From: the human T2T-CHM13v2.0 reference genome, Homo sapiens
Strand: one strand, 5' to 3'
DNA: 64,000 bases
Assembly (NCBI RefSeq): GCF_009914755.1
Contig: NC_060928.1
Shown here: in pieces, positions 15,350-28,260 of the stretch
Layout of the letters: each line of letters opens with the position of its first letter
Position numbering within the stretch: the stretch's first letter is position 1
The notes under the pieces: model-generated
The model's input: only the letters and a program-made list of their open reading frames with translations
The model's database searches: none
Told to the model about the DNA's origin: nothing
Position numbers and translations under genes: made by a program

Positions 15350-18207
15350 TACTTATTTGCATGGAAGAATACATTGGACATAGGTTTAATAACCGATTGA
15401 GTAGATGTTATGGTCACCAATTGAATATTGAGAAAAATAAGATGCATAAGTTCAAGTAGCTTGTGCAAATGACACTATGACTAAATACTAGAATTAAATT
15501 AAATTTTATAGGTTTAATGCATACAATCTGGCTCCAAAGTCCTAATGCTTAAGTGCTACACTATATTGCTTCTCATGAAAGATAAATATTAAGTTTTAGA
15601 ATTTTGGTATTTAAGTAATAAAAGGCATTATTTTGAAGTTTATTTAGCAAGAAGAAATTAAGACTCATTTGAATATTATGCAGATTAGGACATAACCTAT
15701 TCAACTAAAACATTTGAAAGACAGAGTATCTTGTATGAAGTTTCTTGAGACAATTAACAAGAGAAATACCAAGTAGATGTAAATTCTAATTTTTTCTCTT
15801 ATTTAAGAGAATATTTTAGTAACAAGAATTCAATTACAACAGTTAATGAGGTAGATTCAATATTGAGTTTAATAGTAAAGTATGTATCTACTTGTGAATT
15901 TTCCACTACGATATTTTATGTAATATGAGAGGTAACAACAAAACTGTAGCATAGGGCTTTGATGGACTATTTCCTTTGTGCATTTTGTTTACATTATCAA
16001 GGTTTTAGAAGCATGATAACCTTGGCAGCATTTTTTTGTTTCTTAAAATTCCAAATAGAATTATATGTCTAATCTTTTGACAGGATTGGAAGAGTAACAC
16101 CTCACATGTTATATAATGGTTCTCCTGTCAGAGAGCAAAAGGTTTCATAAACACAGCAATGCTCTGTTTTTACAGATCCACAGAAATAATAACATTTCAT
16201 CAGATTTCAAATACTATTATGAAAGGAATGAAAATTGTTGTTTCTTCAACTTTTCAGCTACCTTCCCTACTCTAATTGGTGTCTGATTAAAACCCAGGAA
16301 AAATTACCTTCCAGAGAGTTTCTTGGCTTAAAGCATTTGTGACATGGCATCAAGCCCAGAAGAATATCAGAAGTTCTATAATTTTGACCCCCAACCCTTT
16401 CATTTCATAAATTAGGAAACTGAGGTCCACAAGATGAATTCTTAAGAACCACAGATTTAGTGGCTGAGCTGGGATTAGAATGCAGATTTCCTGATTTTTA
16501 ATCTTCTCTTTATTGTGTGCTTTATTGTTTTGCCCCAAAGTAGCCACCCCAAAGTGGTCATTCTACTCTGAATGAATATTTACTATTCCAGATAATGATT
16601 TATGAGAACAAATGGATTGCATGGTCATGAATTTCCAGTTTTAATACTCATCTTACTGTAAAATTCTTGTTTAATGCTTATATTCTAAACTTGAGTATAT
16701 TTTCATTTTATTATTCTAGTGAGCTAGGTTAATCTTTTGAAATCGTTGGTTTGATTACTTCAATTTAATTATCAGCCATCTTTGTAGAGACTGCCTCAGA
16801 AAGTTTAGGAGCAACTCTGCACAAACAAATGTATGACTTGATTTCTTTGCTATGTGCTAATTCACCTGTTTATTTGTATTTGTAAAACAAGTGACATTGG
16901 ACTTCTCTTTAAAAAATTTCCCCCAGACATTTTATTCTATTCTCATGAAATTACTGTTTGAAAGACATTGGCTGAAACAACTGAAAACTAAAAATGTATC
17001 TGGTCTAGAAGAAAATGAAAAGTAAATTTGCCACACCTTGGTTTGAATTATGGCTTCTCTATTTACACCTTGGTAATAAAAACAGATGCAGTTAATCTAG
17101 ATTAATTAAATGAAAATTGCCATGAAATGAAACAAATGTACACTGTAGATTAAACACATGCTAAACGTTTATTGTATCTCCTAAACAAATCTATTATTTT
17201 AACCTAACAAGTGAGACTGTAAATTGTTTGCAAAGTAAATGTGTGCATTTAAGAAAATAACTACATAGTGTATGAACTAAGATGATTAAAGCAAATTGAC
17301 AGTTTTCAAAAAAGCAATGAGATGGCTGTTTTCCATTGCTTTAAAAGTTTGCTGGAAGACAGTTGACTTTGGTTTTGATTCCTTTGATTCTGTGGCTATA
17401 AGACTTCACCTTACTTCTGATAATGCCACAGCTATTATGTTGGTGTGTAATTTCTATAACTTTTTCTCAGCTAAGTGCAAAAGTATAGAATAATAACAAA
17501 CCATCATTCATTTGTGTTTTATTTTGTTTGTCATTGGGATACAGGTTGCATTCATCATTTTACAGTGATATAAAATTAATAAATATCTTCTAATTGATAG
17601 TTAATAATTATGAAAAATCAAACTCTAAGACATTGATAAAAAAGTTGTAAAATCCAGATGGAAATTTCCACACTGAAGTTATTTATGAAAGCACTCACCT
17701 GTATTTTCTGATGCAGTTAGTTTTTGAAAGAAAAATTTTATATAGAAATCTAATATAACCCCTCAAAGAATTTCATGTTCATTTCAACTTTGGAAGGAAG
17801 CAAACTAGGCAAGGAGGTAGAATATAAAATTATTTTATAGATGAACTTGCAGAATTTCGTTATTTAGCGTTTGGTTAATGTCTAAGTACATTCAAAAGGA
17901 GTTATTACAGCATGTTTTTCTTTCTTTTTTTTTCATTTAAGAGGTTGATGTGGCTTTTTAAATTAAACTTACCTCACAAGTAAGATTGGTGCATTAATGC
18001 TAGTGAGAATATTAGTTTATATTTATTTTAATATAGGTAATTGAGCGAGGGGAAGATTCTAAATTGCTAGAACTATTGATAGTTTCTTACACAAAAAGTC
18101 TGCTGTGCTTTATGGGAATTACTTTTAGGAGCAGATTGTGTTAGACCTTTTAATGAGATTGCCAATAAAATGAAAACATTAAATCCTACTACTTCTTATG
18201 CTTACAG

Positions 18208-18404
18208 ATACTCATTTCAAAGAACTTCCAACTCTTCTCCACTGTGCAGCAAAATTTGGCTTAAAGAACCTGGCTATTCATTTGCTTCAATGTTCAGGAG
18301 CAACCTGGGCATCTAAGATGAAAAATATGGAGGGTTCAGACCCCGCACATATTGCTGAAAGGCATGGTCACAAAGAACTCAAGAAAATCTTCGAAGACTT
18401 TTCA
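18208..18404 (+). CDS. BANK1: Internal coding exon of B-cell scaffold protein with ankyrin repeats 1 (ankyrin-repeat region; exon 7 by recollection)
   Basis: Acceptor ...cttcttatgcttacAG (AG 18206-18207) and donor GTAAGT (18405-18410) bound 197 nt (phase 1 in, phase 0 out). Translation THFKELPTLLHCAAKFGLKNLAIHLLQCSGATWASKMKNMEGSDPAHIAERHGHKELKKIFEDFS has ankyrin motifs (TLLHCAA..G, P.HIA...GH) and matches my recollection of BANK1. Confidence 0.93.
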
Positions 18405-20290
18405 GTAAGTTTTTTTTTTTAATTATATCTCTGTATATTCTGTTTGATATTGTAGAAGAGACTGTAAGAAGAAAAAACCTATTACCTTTACCGTTTTCTT
18501 TAAGACTCTAGTTAAGGCACTATTAGGCACATGAAAACATATCAATAATCGTTAGGTTGCAGAAAAACAATTTGATAATAATTCAAAAAGTCTACCCAAT
18601 AAAAAGTTAATTTATGTTGCTTAAATTTGTTTTCCTTAAGTGATTCCTTCTCCTTCTCCCTGTTAAGTCCCAGTTCTGTCTTATGAAGGTTGAAGCCCCA
18701 AATTTCAGAACACTTTTTGAAGAATGTTAGTTTTGTAAGAATGTAACCAAAGAAGATTTTAAGAAGGAGGGGATACTATCTCAGTACATAAAACACACTT
18801 TGTGTTTCCATAATCATGTTTAGAAAAGCAATTGTTTTTCTGGTTGTAACAAAGATATGCACATTTTGCTCCAGAAAGTGAATTATACTCTGATGGCTCT
18901 TTGGAAAATATAATGGGACAATGATTATGCTGATAAATTATCAAAATTTGTCCCTGAGTATTTAAAACAAATAATTTTGTTGTCAAGGAAGAGTTGATAT
19001 AGAATATGTAAATCCTGTAAGCTTCTGGCTATTTTGGCATTTATTCTGATTGTCAGATTAAGCCAATCTAATTAATATTGGACTTCAGAAACAATCATTG
19101 GTATTTGAGATTTCCAGAGAGTATATTTAAAATAAATATAGCACATGAAGTATTATGATAAAATTAATAAACTACTAATTTTTTGTCTTATGTCCTTCAA
19201 ATCAGAAATAACCATTATTTTTATTGCTGGAAGGATTTTAGACAGTGATTGTCATATATGCTAGTTTTTAACTAGTTATCATTCTTTATCTGATGAGGGC
19301 ATTCATTTTCATAATTGTTCACTGTATGCAGGCATTGAATAGGGCAGCATGGTATCTATCTGGGGTAAGTCAGTAAGTCAATTCAGCCTTGGATATTTTC
19401 CATTAATACTGTTATTTAATACATTTTAGTTGCTTGTCTTTAACTCTATACAACTCTAGTCTTTAATTTTTAGCCACTGGTACACTGGGTTAAAATTTTC
19501 CCTGGAAGTCCTAGCATCTAGGGATGCTTTCTAAAATAATCCCTGATTTTCAAAAAGTCATTCTTCCACTTCTTGCTCTCCAGTAAAGACTCAGCTTTTG
19601 ACAGATTCAACCCCATGCACACTTCAGGTGCTCCATAAGTAACAAAATAATACATAATGATGACAGTAGATATGAAAGTAAGTACAATGGTAGGATATGA
19701 GGTTTGATGGATGTGGGATATAATTTTTTTTCTCTTACACCCTCTCAGTATTTATACCTCTGCTCCTGCAATAACAGCACTGATAGAATTTGATTGCTAT
19801 CATTGTATCTAGGTGACAATCACTTTTTCGTAGTCGCTGCATTCTAATTTTACAGTTATACTTGATAATTCTTGTGTGAAATATGTTACATAATTTTCTA
19901 TAGTATCTTTGTAAGCTGTTATTTCTGCCTGAATGTCTACAGTAAATGTTACCATTATAGTTAAGATAGATCAATTATTTTGTGAATGTTCTGCTGTCAG
20001 TAAGGAATTGACTGTAGCTGTTGCAAGTGCCAACAGATCTGTCAATGCGTTTTCATGACCATGGATAATTTTATATACAATAATTTTGCAAGCTACGAAG
20101 GCCTTTTTGCAAATGTGTAGTTAAGAAAATGAAACATATGTATTATATTTTGACCCTCATGGAAAAATGTTTCCTGTCAATTTATATGACACATAAATTA
20201 TTCTTCTAATTATCAATTTTATCTAAAATAAATTTGGAAGTCATATCTTCTGAGTGAAGGTATGCTAGATAACCATATGTTGACACTGTC

Positions 20291-20591
20291 ATGGATGAAG
20301 CTGGAAACCATCATGCTCAGCAAACTATCGCAAGGACAAAAAACCAAACACCGCATGTTCTCACCCGTAGGTGGGAATTGAACAGTGAGAACCCTTGGAC
20401 ACAGGAAGGGAAGCATCACACACCAGGGCCTGTCATGGGGTTGTAGGAGGGGGCAGAGATAGCATTAGGAGATATATCTAATATAAATGATGAGTTAATG
20501 GGTGCAGCACACCAACATGGCACATGTATACATATGTAAGAAACCTGTGTGTTGTGCACATGTACCCTAGAACTTAAAGTATAATAAAAAA
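20291..20591 (+). mobile_element. Short 3' L1PA fragment (approx. L1PA4-5)
   Basis: ORF2 end plus 3' UTR, AATAAA at 20583-20588; TSD GACACT(G/A)TC at 20282-20290 / 20592-20600. Confidence 0.92.
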
Positions 20592-21134
20592 GACACTATC
20601 TATTCTAAATACTGTTATTTAAGTCTTTTAAAGAGTGTATGTAAACCTGATGGAGAAAAATGGAATCTCATTATACTACTAAAATACTTTACTGTTGCTT
20701 TAAAAGCCTCTATATCACTTCAGTGTTATAATGACTTAGATTCTGATAAATCTAAGATCCTCACAAATGCATTCAAATTTTTCATGAACTATTGTTTCAG
20801 AATAGTTTAAAGGAGCAGATATTTTTAAGTTTGAGGTTTACAATCTACTAGTGGACTACACTTCTACTGAAGAAATATCTATTTTTAAATTCCAACATAT
20901 TTTGCTCCTAACTAATTTACTGATTTGCTCAGTACTTCCTAATCCCCCATCAATAAAACATTGCTCATTTTAGAATTTCACAGGGAGTTACAATACAGTG
21001 ATTTGGGTCATCACTAAATAAAGTGGGTAGAAGGAAAAAAGAAATTATGATTTTAGAAAAATACAGAGAAAACACAAAAGCATTAGCAAGCATTCATAAA
21101 CCAAGTGGCACCATGTCTTATTGTTAGGTATATG

Positions 21135-21220
21135 AAGGAGGAGGATGAAGATAAAGAGAAGAATGAGGAAGGAGGGGAGGAAGAGAAAGGAGAGAAGGAG
21201 GAGAGTAGGAGAAGAAGGGG
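21135..21220. repeat. Purine-rich (GA/GAG) low-complexity tract
   Basis: About 85 nt almost entirely G/A on the + strand. Confidence 0.85.
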
Positions 21221-22222
21221 GCCTGAAATCACATTTCTTACATTGCTTCATGACATTTTTTATTTGAGAGGTTAATAATTTATACACAGTCTATGAATAG
21301 AGCCTCTTCATTATGAATGAATAGCTTTCATGTTTTGATAAAGTTATGTAATTAACATCTGTACTTCATTTATGTTTTCAGTGCTATTACTGGATAATAA
21401 TATCATATATTTCTATAATCCATAAAGTATTTCAAATATCTACTCATTTTTCAGTTTCTAACAATATCACCTGAGAGAATTAATATGAAAAGTAAATGGG
21501 AAAATGGCAAAAGATTTGGTACTTAAATTCACAACTGCGTATGAACAACGATTTGCTTAGCATTATTCATAAGGAAAGCCCAGGACATTTTAAATAGTAA
21601 ATAGTGACATTGATGATTGATTCAGCCTTCAGAAACTTATCTCTTAAATAAAACGTGCATGAAAAGTTGAAAACAAACTGGAACTTGGCCTCAGATTGAG
21701 GTGCTTTGAGATTTAAGATAAAGTGTACAAGACTAGTCTGTACTTTAAGCAAACAGATATAAATAATATTTGCTTGTATTAGCTCACATATGTCACCCCA
21801 TCCATTCCCATCCGTTTAGAACCCTTAACAAAATGATTACATCAATGTGTAAATAGACAAGGAAAAGTACATTCTCCTCGTTGGCCAGCTATGGAATTGG
21901 AGACAGGTGTTCACTTATCTTAGAAACAATATCCAGAAAATATCTTTTTCCTTCCACCACTGTGTTCACTTGTAGTTTGGTTTAAATATTTAAGTATCTT
22001 AAATTTTCTTCATGAATATAATAAGTTGTTAATTATAAATATTGATGAAGAAAATTTAAGAAATGGGAAAATCAGCTTTCCATGCACATTCTCTAACTGG
22101 CTTTTCAGAAGTACTCCTGATTGGGAATCTTTCTATTGCTCATGTGTGCGATGGGATTCCTGTGGCATCAGGCTCTCCTTAATCTATCCCTACACTGCTC
22201 TTTGTCCCTGTGGACACTGGGC

Positions 22223-22224
<2 letters not shown>

Positions 22225-22270
<46 letters not shown>
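22225..22270. repeat. (GT)23 microsatellite
   Basis: Direct reading. Confidence 0.97.
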
Positions 22271-22273
<3 letters not shown>

Positions 22274-25200
22274 ACAGAGAGATTTTGTTGCCCTCCAGTA
22301 TCTGACTGACAGGCCCTAATCTTTTTCAGATAGTCAAGGGCTTGGGTTTAAAATACAGGTATGGAGGGGTAGGTGTTGAAGCATTTACAATATCCCTAAT
22401 ATAAAGCAATAATTGACTGGGTAATATAGAGAACCAATTACTCAGAAGTTAGGTTTTGTGTTTAGGCTAGTAAACATTCACTCTTCCTGGCTCTTTATTT
22501 CTCTCATTCTCAGCATTGCCCTCTCAGTATTTTACAAGTAGATTGTTCCATTTAATTCAGTATATATCCATGTTATATAATTTAGTTTAAATGGCAGCAT
22601 ATCCTGCTTTGCTTATGTAGTTTTTCCTTTCTTATAAGTCTGGAAGCTTGTGATGGATAGTGGGCTCTCCTCCCCTCCCACCATCAGGTACACTAAAGGT
22701 GCTCAGCATGTATTTTTCTCGTTGATGGTACAGAAGGTTGGTGTCCAATTGAAAGACTTGTCTTATTTCACTTTCCCAATCATATACTTAACTAGGTCCC
22801 ATATGGTAAATAAAATAATTGGTCATATTTCCTATACTTGGAATTTTTTTAAAGTTTAGTTTCGGAGACTTCATAGACAGCCCTACTGCTTGTCTTCAGC
22901 ATATATTTTAATAGGCCCAACTAGTATGAATTTTGGAATTCTGGCTTTTATTCAATATTGATGTTCTGTTCTGTTAGAATTGAAGAAACTAGAATAAGTC
23001 ACATAATTGCATTTGACTGCATGCATTATAAATTTATGTGTCAGTTTTGTGCTTGAAACTACTTGGGAATCTCTTTCAAAAATCTGGCTATCACAGAATT
23101 TTTCTCTTCTCCAAGTCCTCAGACCCAGTTTTGATGCCCTAACTCTGCAGCTCTAAACATGCTATGTAAACTCCCTTAAATCTTTTTGCTTTATTGTCAA
23201 ATTTTCCATTTTCCTTTACTCCTAGAGTCTTGGAATTCAGCCAGGTCTGGATTTTAAACCTAACTTCATCAAAAACTAAGTTTGCATCCTTGGAAAAAAT
23301 AATTCCTCATAGAGCACTTTAGGATTTGATGAAATGAATGTAAAATTATTAAATATATAGAAGACCCACAAAAAATATTGCATTCACCTTATTTTCTGTT
23401 GGCTTATTGTTATTCATATCAAATTTAGACTTCACTGTCAATCATACCTTCTCTTTTCTTGCATCATTAATCTCTCTCATTATACTGACTCTTCCCTGAA
23501 AAAGTGTTTCAAGAATATATATGTACATGCTTTACATAGACATATAGTTTTGTATTGTTTAAAGACTATATATATATATGTGTGTGTGTGTGTGCTTTGC
23601 ATTTAGCTCACTACTAAAGCTGCTCTGTCAAAAGCCATAAATAATCAACCATGTATCAGATCCAGTGGATTTCTTTCAGACATCTTTTGGCACAACCTTT
23701 GACATTGCTTTCTTTGACCCTGCCCTCTTTCTGAAGGTCCACTGACCCCTTGTGACTTTCTTGTCTTCCCCATCAGGAAAGGTTCTTTCTGCACTCTCTT
23801 CACTTGTGATTAAAAGGCAGTGTCATAGCTGGAACAAATGAAATCATGTGGAATTTGTGTGAAGCAGAAGAAAATTTATAAACAGGATTTTAAATAAGCA
23901 CTTAATGGGAAAGGTGAAGGATGCATATGGTGAAAGAAATGGGATGTGCAGTTGTGTGAAGAAGGCAGAGTAGGTAAACTCTGACTTCTTAGGCCAGAAA
24001 ACCAAATCTTGTTATTGACTTTTTTTCATAGAATGCATATTGTTTTTTAACTTATGATAATGACCTACAAAAGACTATGCATCTATTAAAAGAAAACTTA
24101 ACATTTGATATGGGATTTTGGTAAAATATATACTAAGAAATGTTTGTAGAGCCCCAAAGAGCTCATACACAACTTAATGGTAAGTACATAAAAACCTAGT
24201 TGTTTGTGGTATTTTTGCCTACTCATACTGTAAGAAAATACTTGATTTTTAATTATTTATTTACACGCTTTGCACAGGTTGTATGCTTAATGCAACGTGT
24301 ATGATATAACTAGATTCAAATAGAAAAATCTGTAAAAATAAATTTCCCAAATTAATTTTATGAGATGTAATATATTATTTAGAAAAACTGTCCTTAGGCT
24401 ATTCATCAGTAGAATGTTCATTAGGAAAGAGATTTCTCATGTCTACTAAGCCCAGTGTGTGAGACTGCTTAAAGTAATCTCTTTCTCCCAGAAATCATGT
24501 TAGTTTGGTTTAACAGAGTAAAGCAAAAACCCCATTTGTAATTCTCAGGAATAACTATTCTCAGATGTCCCAGCCGCTGTTTTCTCAGTGTTTTGCTATG
24601 TAATAAATGATTTATATTTTCATAAAGTTGCTAGAATAGCAATCAGTGTCTGTACACTCTCTTTCCATATACACAGAATATAGTTTTTTAAAAGCTTTCC
24701 TGGGTTCTCATTCATTACTCTGCCTCAGCAGAGTAGGAAACAGAAGCAGAAAGGGTCAGGATGATGTACAGCTAGCCTCCACAGCAGTATAATCATTTGG
24801 CGGTGCGTTGGGAAGGGGAGCAGGCATCACTGGGAAAAGCAAGATGAGTAAAATATCTGAATAGTCCTTGAACGTTTCTTACAACTCAGACACATAAACA
24901 GATTATTGCATTATCAATTTACATCACCAAAAGATAAATTAGCCCTAAAATTCAACAAAATAGAGGTTTTGTAAAATGAATATAGTGTGTGATTTGTATT
25001 TCCAATTTCTCGAATAAGCATAATGTATTATATTCATCACTCAGGTTTTTTATATCAGAAATGTTATATTCTCATAAAAACAGGAGACACACATTTTTCA
25101 TAATGTAGACATTTGTTATCCTTTTTATTCCAAGATCTATTAACTCCTTTACTTCATAACTTCCCTCAATTGAATAATTAGTATTTTAAAAAATAACTTA

Positions 25201-26714
25201 TTGTTAAAAATTTTTCTGAGAATAATGACCCTTTTGATAAACCTTAGAGGGCACTTTGTCCTAGCAACAGCTGAACTCTGAAAAGCCACATCTTATTTTC
25301 CCAGGCAGAAGGGAATCTTGTTTTTGGGAGCTATCATAATTTTATTCCTAAATGAGATTTACCTTGTAGTATTTATTTGAATATCTATTCTCACTTTTGA
25401 AAAAATATTATTTAGAGTTAGGGTAAGGCCCTCTATCTACACTTTAAGCCCATTTCCCACTGTTCTCAGATATATGGAACAGAGCTAGGGTAGAAAATTT
25501 AGATATAACAGCTATATAGTTCAGAAGAATTTATAATATATTTGCTTTTATCTTCATTGTACCAAATGCCATAGCTGCTATGAATGCAATCATGGTATAT
25601 GAGGACAAGTGATGATATGATTTTGATTACCTATGCCTCAGTAGGTAATGATTTTTATGCTCATTGCATTAAAATTAATTCAATACCCACAGATAAGGCA
25701 ATTTATGAAAGTAATAGAGGGAAATAATATACATGTGCTTACAGTTCTTTTCCAATAGAGATCCTTAATACATCATTAAATAATTTTTTAAAGTTGAAAC
25801 AGTATCTTATTCTAAATAGGTAATTTGTTATCTTTTATACATTTGCTTCACATGCTGGCAGTCTCCAGGATCCTATTAAGAGTCACATCCTTGCCTATGG
25901 GGGCTAAATCGTCTTTAAAGACCCTTGGATACCTAAGTTTTTGTAATTTTTAGAGTTCTGATTTCTCAGAAGCCTTCTAAACTTTAGTTCTTTCATTTTT
26001 TTCTGGCTTCTTTCAAACCAATTAGCTTGTGTAGAACAGGGTAACCTAGAGCTCTCACTTACATGCCTGCTGGTCAAAAGGAAATGCAATTTCAGAGAAT
26101 GCAAAATTAATCACTAATGGTAATTAAAGCAATCAGTATTGACACCATATCTGTCGAGCGTGGCCCTCATGAAATAAACACACGGCATTGTCCTTTCAGA
26201 AGGAAAATATGCAAAGGCAATTGAATTAAAATTTCATTGGAAAAATATTGTTCCTGGAAATTCTTCTCCATTAACTGGCTTTGAATTTCCATCATTCTTG
26301 ATTCTTGAAGATAGGAAAGGGTATTTAATATAATCCAATGTAGATTGGGTATATACTTTTCTACTAGTATCATGAAATGGTTTTTACTTTAAATTCATGT
26401 AAAGGCCTCTCCAGGCATATGAAAAGAATCAGACTTATGAAAAAACAAGAATATTCATCAAATATTACAGCTCTGAGCCTCAACAATATATTTTTTTCAT
26501 TTCTCCTTATGTAGCAACACTCTCTTTGTGATATATATATAGATGTGAGAAAGTAAAGATTATGATTGACTTATTCTGCCTCTAAAAAATACAGTATAAA
26601 AAGAAAATAAATGGCACCAGTTGAAGGCTAAATTTTGGGTTTGTTTTACATAAATTAATCAACTCTCGCTTAAGCCAGAAAACAGTCTCCATTTTAGTTT
26701 AACAAATAGATTGA

Positions 26715-28260
26715 TTGACTCAACGAATATTTATTGACTATCTGTTAGGTGCCAAGCATTGTTCTAAACACTGGAAATCCAGAACAGACCAAAACTCCTA
26801 CCCTAATGGGAAATAAGACTATAAATAAATAAAGATATACAATGTGTCCAGTGGAAATTAAAGTTTAAGGCCAGGAAGAAATAGAAAGAACCACATTGCA
26901 TAAAGTGGTGCGTAAAAGGAGATGGGAGGGGGAACAATTTTGAAACGAGTAGTCAGGGAAGTATTCACTGAGGAGTACTTTTTGGTAACTGTCTAAAACT
27001 ATGAAAGAGAAATTCATGCATTTATATGGACAGGTATTCCAATAAGAGAAAATGGCACAACAAGGGCAAAGGCTCTGGTAGGATGTGGATATCCACAAAA
27101 GAGCCAGTTGGTCAATGTTACTGAAGCAAAGTAAGTGAGAAATAAAAGAAACAGTAATTAGATGGCATCAGAAAGATAAGTAAGGCCGGATCTGTAGGGC
27201 TGTATAGGTAATGATGAGAATTTGGTATTTTGGAGAAAGGCATTAGAGAATTCTGAGAGGCATTGTATTTGTCTGTTTACACACTGCTATAAAGAATTGC
27301 CGGAAACTGGGTAATTTATAAAGAAAAGAGGTTTAATTCACTCACAGTTCCACATGACTGGGGAGACCCCAGGAAACTTACAATCATGGCGGAAGGGGAA
27401 GCAGTCGCGTCTTATATGGCCGCGGGTGAAAGGAGAGAAGGAGGAATTGTCAAACACTTACAAGACCATCAGATCTTATGAGAACTCATTAGCTTTCACA
27501 AGAACAGCATGGGGGAAAACTGCCTCATGATCTGATCACCTCCCACCTGGTCCCACCCTGGACATATGGGGATTATGGGGATTATGGGAATTACAATTCA
27601 AGATGAGATTTGGGTGGGGACAAAGAGCCAAACCATATCAGGCATCATATGATTTAAATTGATCAGAGTCACAACTATATTGATCACAGACCATACAGGG
27701 CAAGAAGGACAGATAAGACCTGACTGGCAACTACTCCCATAGTCCAGATGATAGATGATAAAAAGATGCTAGTTTCCACTAGGATGACAGCAGCAAAGAC
27801 AACCAGAAGTGGTTAGGTTTGAAATATGCCATTGTTTTTTAGTATAGGCAATGGAATTTACTGACTTTGGTGGTGGAATATAAAAGAAAGTGTGTAGTTA
27901 CTGATATTTCCAAGTATGTTGGTAGAAGCGGAGGATGGAATTAATTGCCATTTACTGAGATGAGGAAGATTGAATGAAGAAATGGTTTGTTAAGAAAAAT
28001 CAGGAGTTTGGCTTGGGACACGTTAAATTTGAAATGCCTACTATGTTCCAAAGTTTGGAAGTAGAGGTTATAGGGAGTACCAACAGAAAAAGCCAACAAC
28101 GAGCAGCATTTGAGGTAGGAAGAGAATCAAGAAATCTATTGACCTGGATGCCAAGTAAAAGAAAGATTTTCACAGATGAGGTAGTGGACAGCCACATTAA
28201 ATGCTACTGACAGGTCAACTAAGATAGGACAGATAATCAAATTTTTGATTTAACAACATG
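26715..28260 (-). mobile_element. L2 remnant interrupted by a MaLR LTR
   Basis: tcaacgaatatttattgactatctgttaggtgccaagcattgttcta (reverse L2 3' end); L2-like sequence resumes after 27645. Confidence 0.7.
27264..27640 (-). mobile_element. THE1D/MSTA-type MaLR solo LTR
   Basis: TG...CA termini (minus start TGATATGGTTTGGCTC), 377 bp, perfect 5-bp TSD GGCAT at 27259-27263 / 27641-27645. Confidence 0.92.

Noticed and set aside
18198-18422. Stand-alone 74-aa ankyrin ORF
   Set aside because: The ATG lies in the acceptor region; canonical AG/GT sites define an internal exon.
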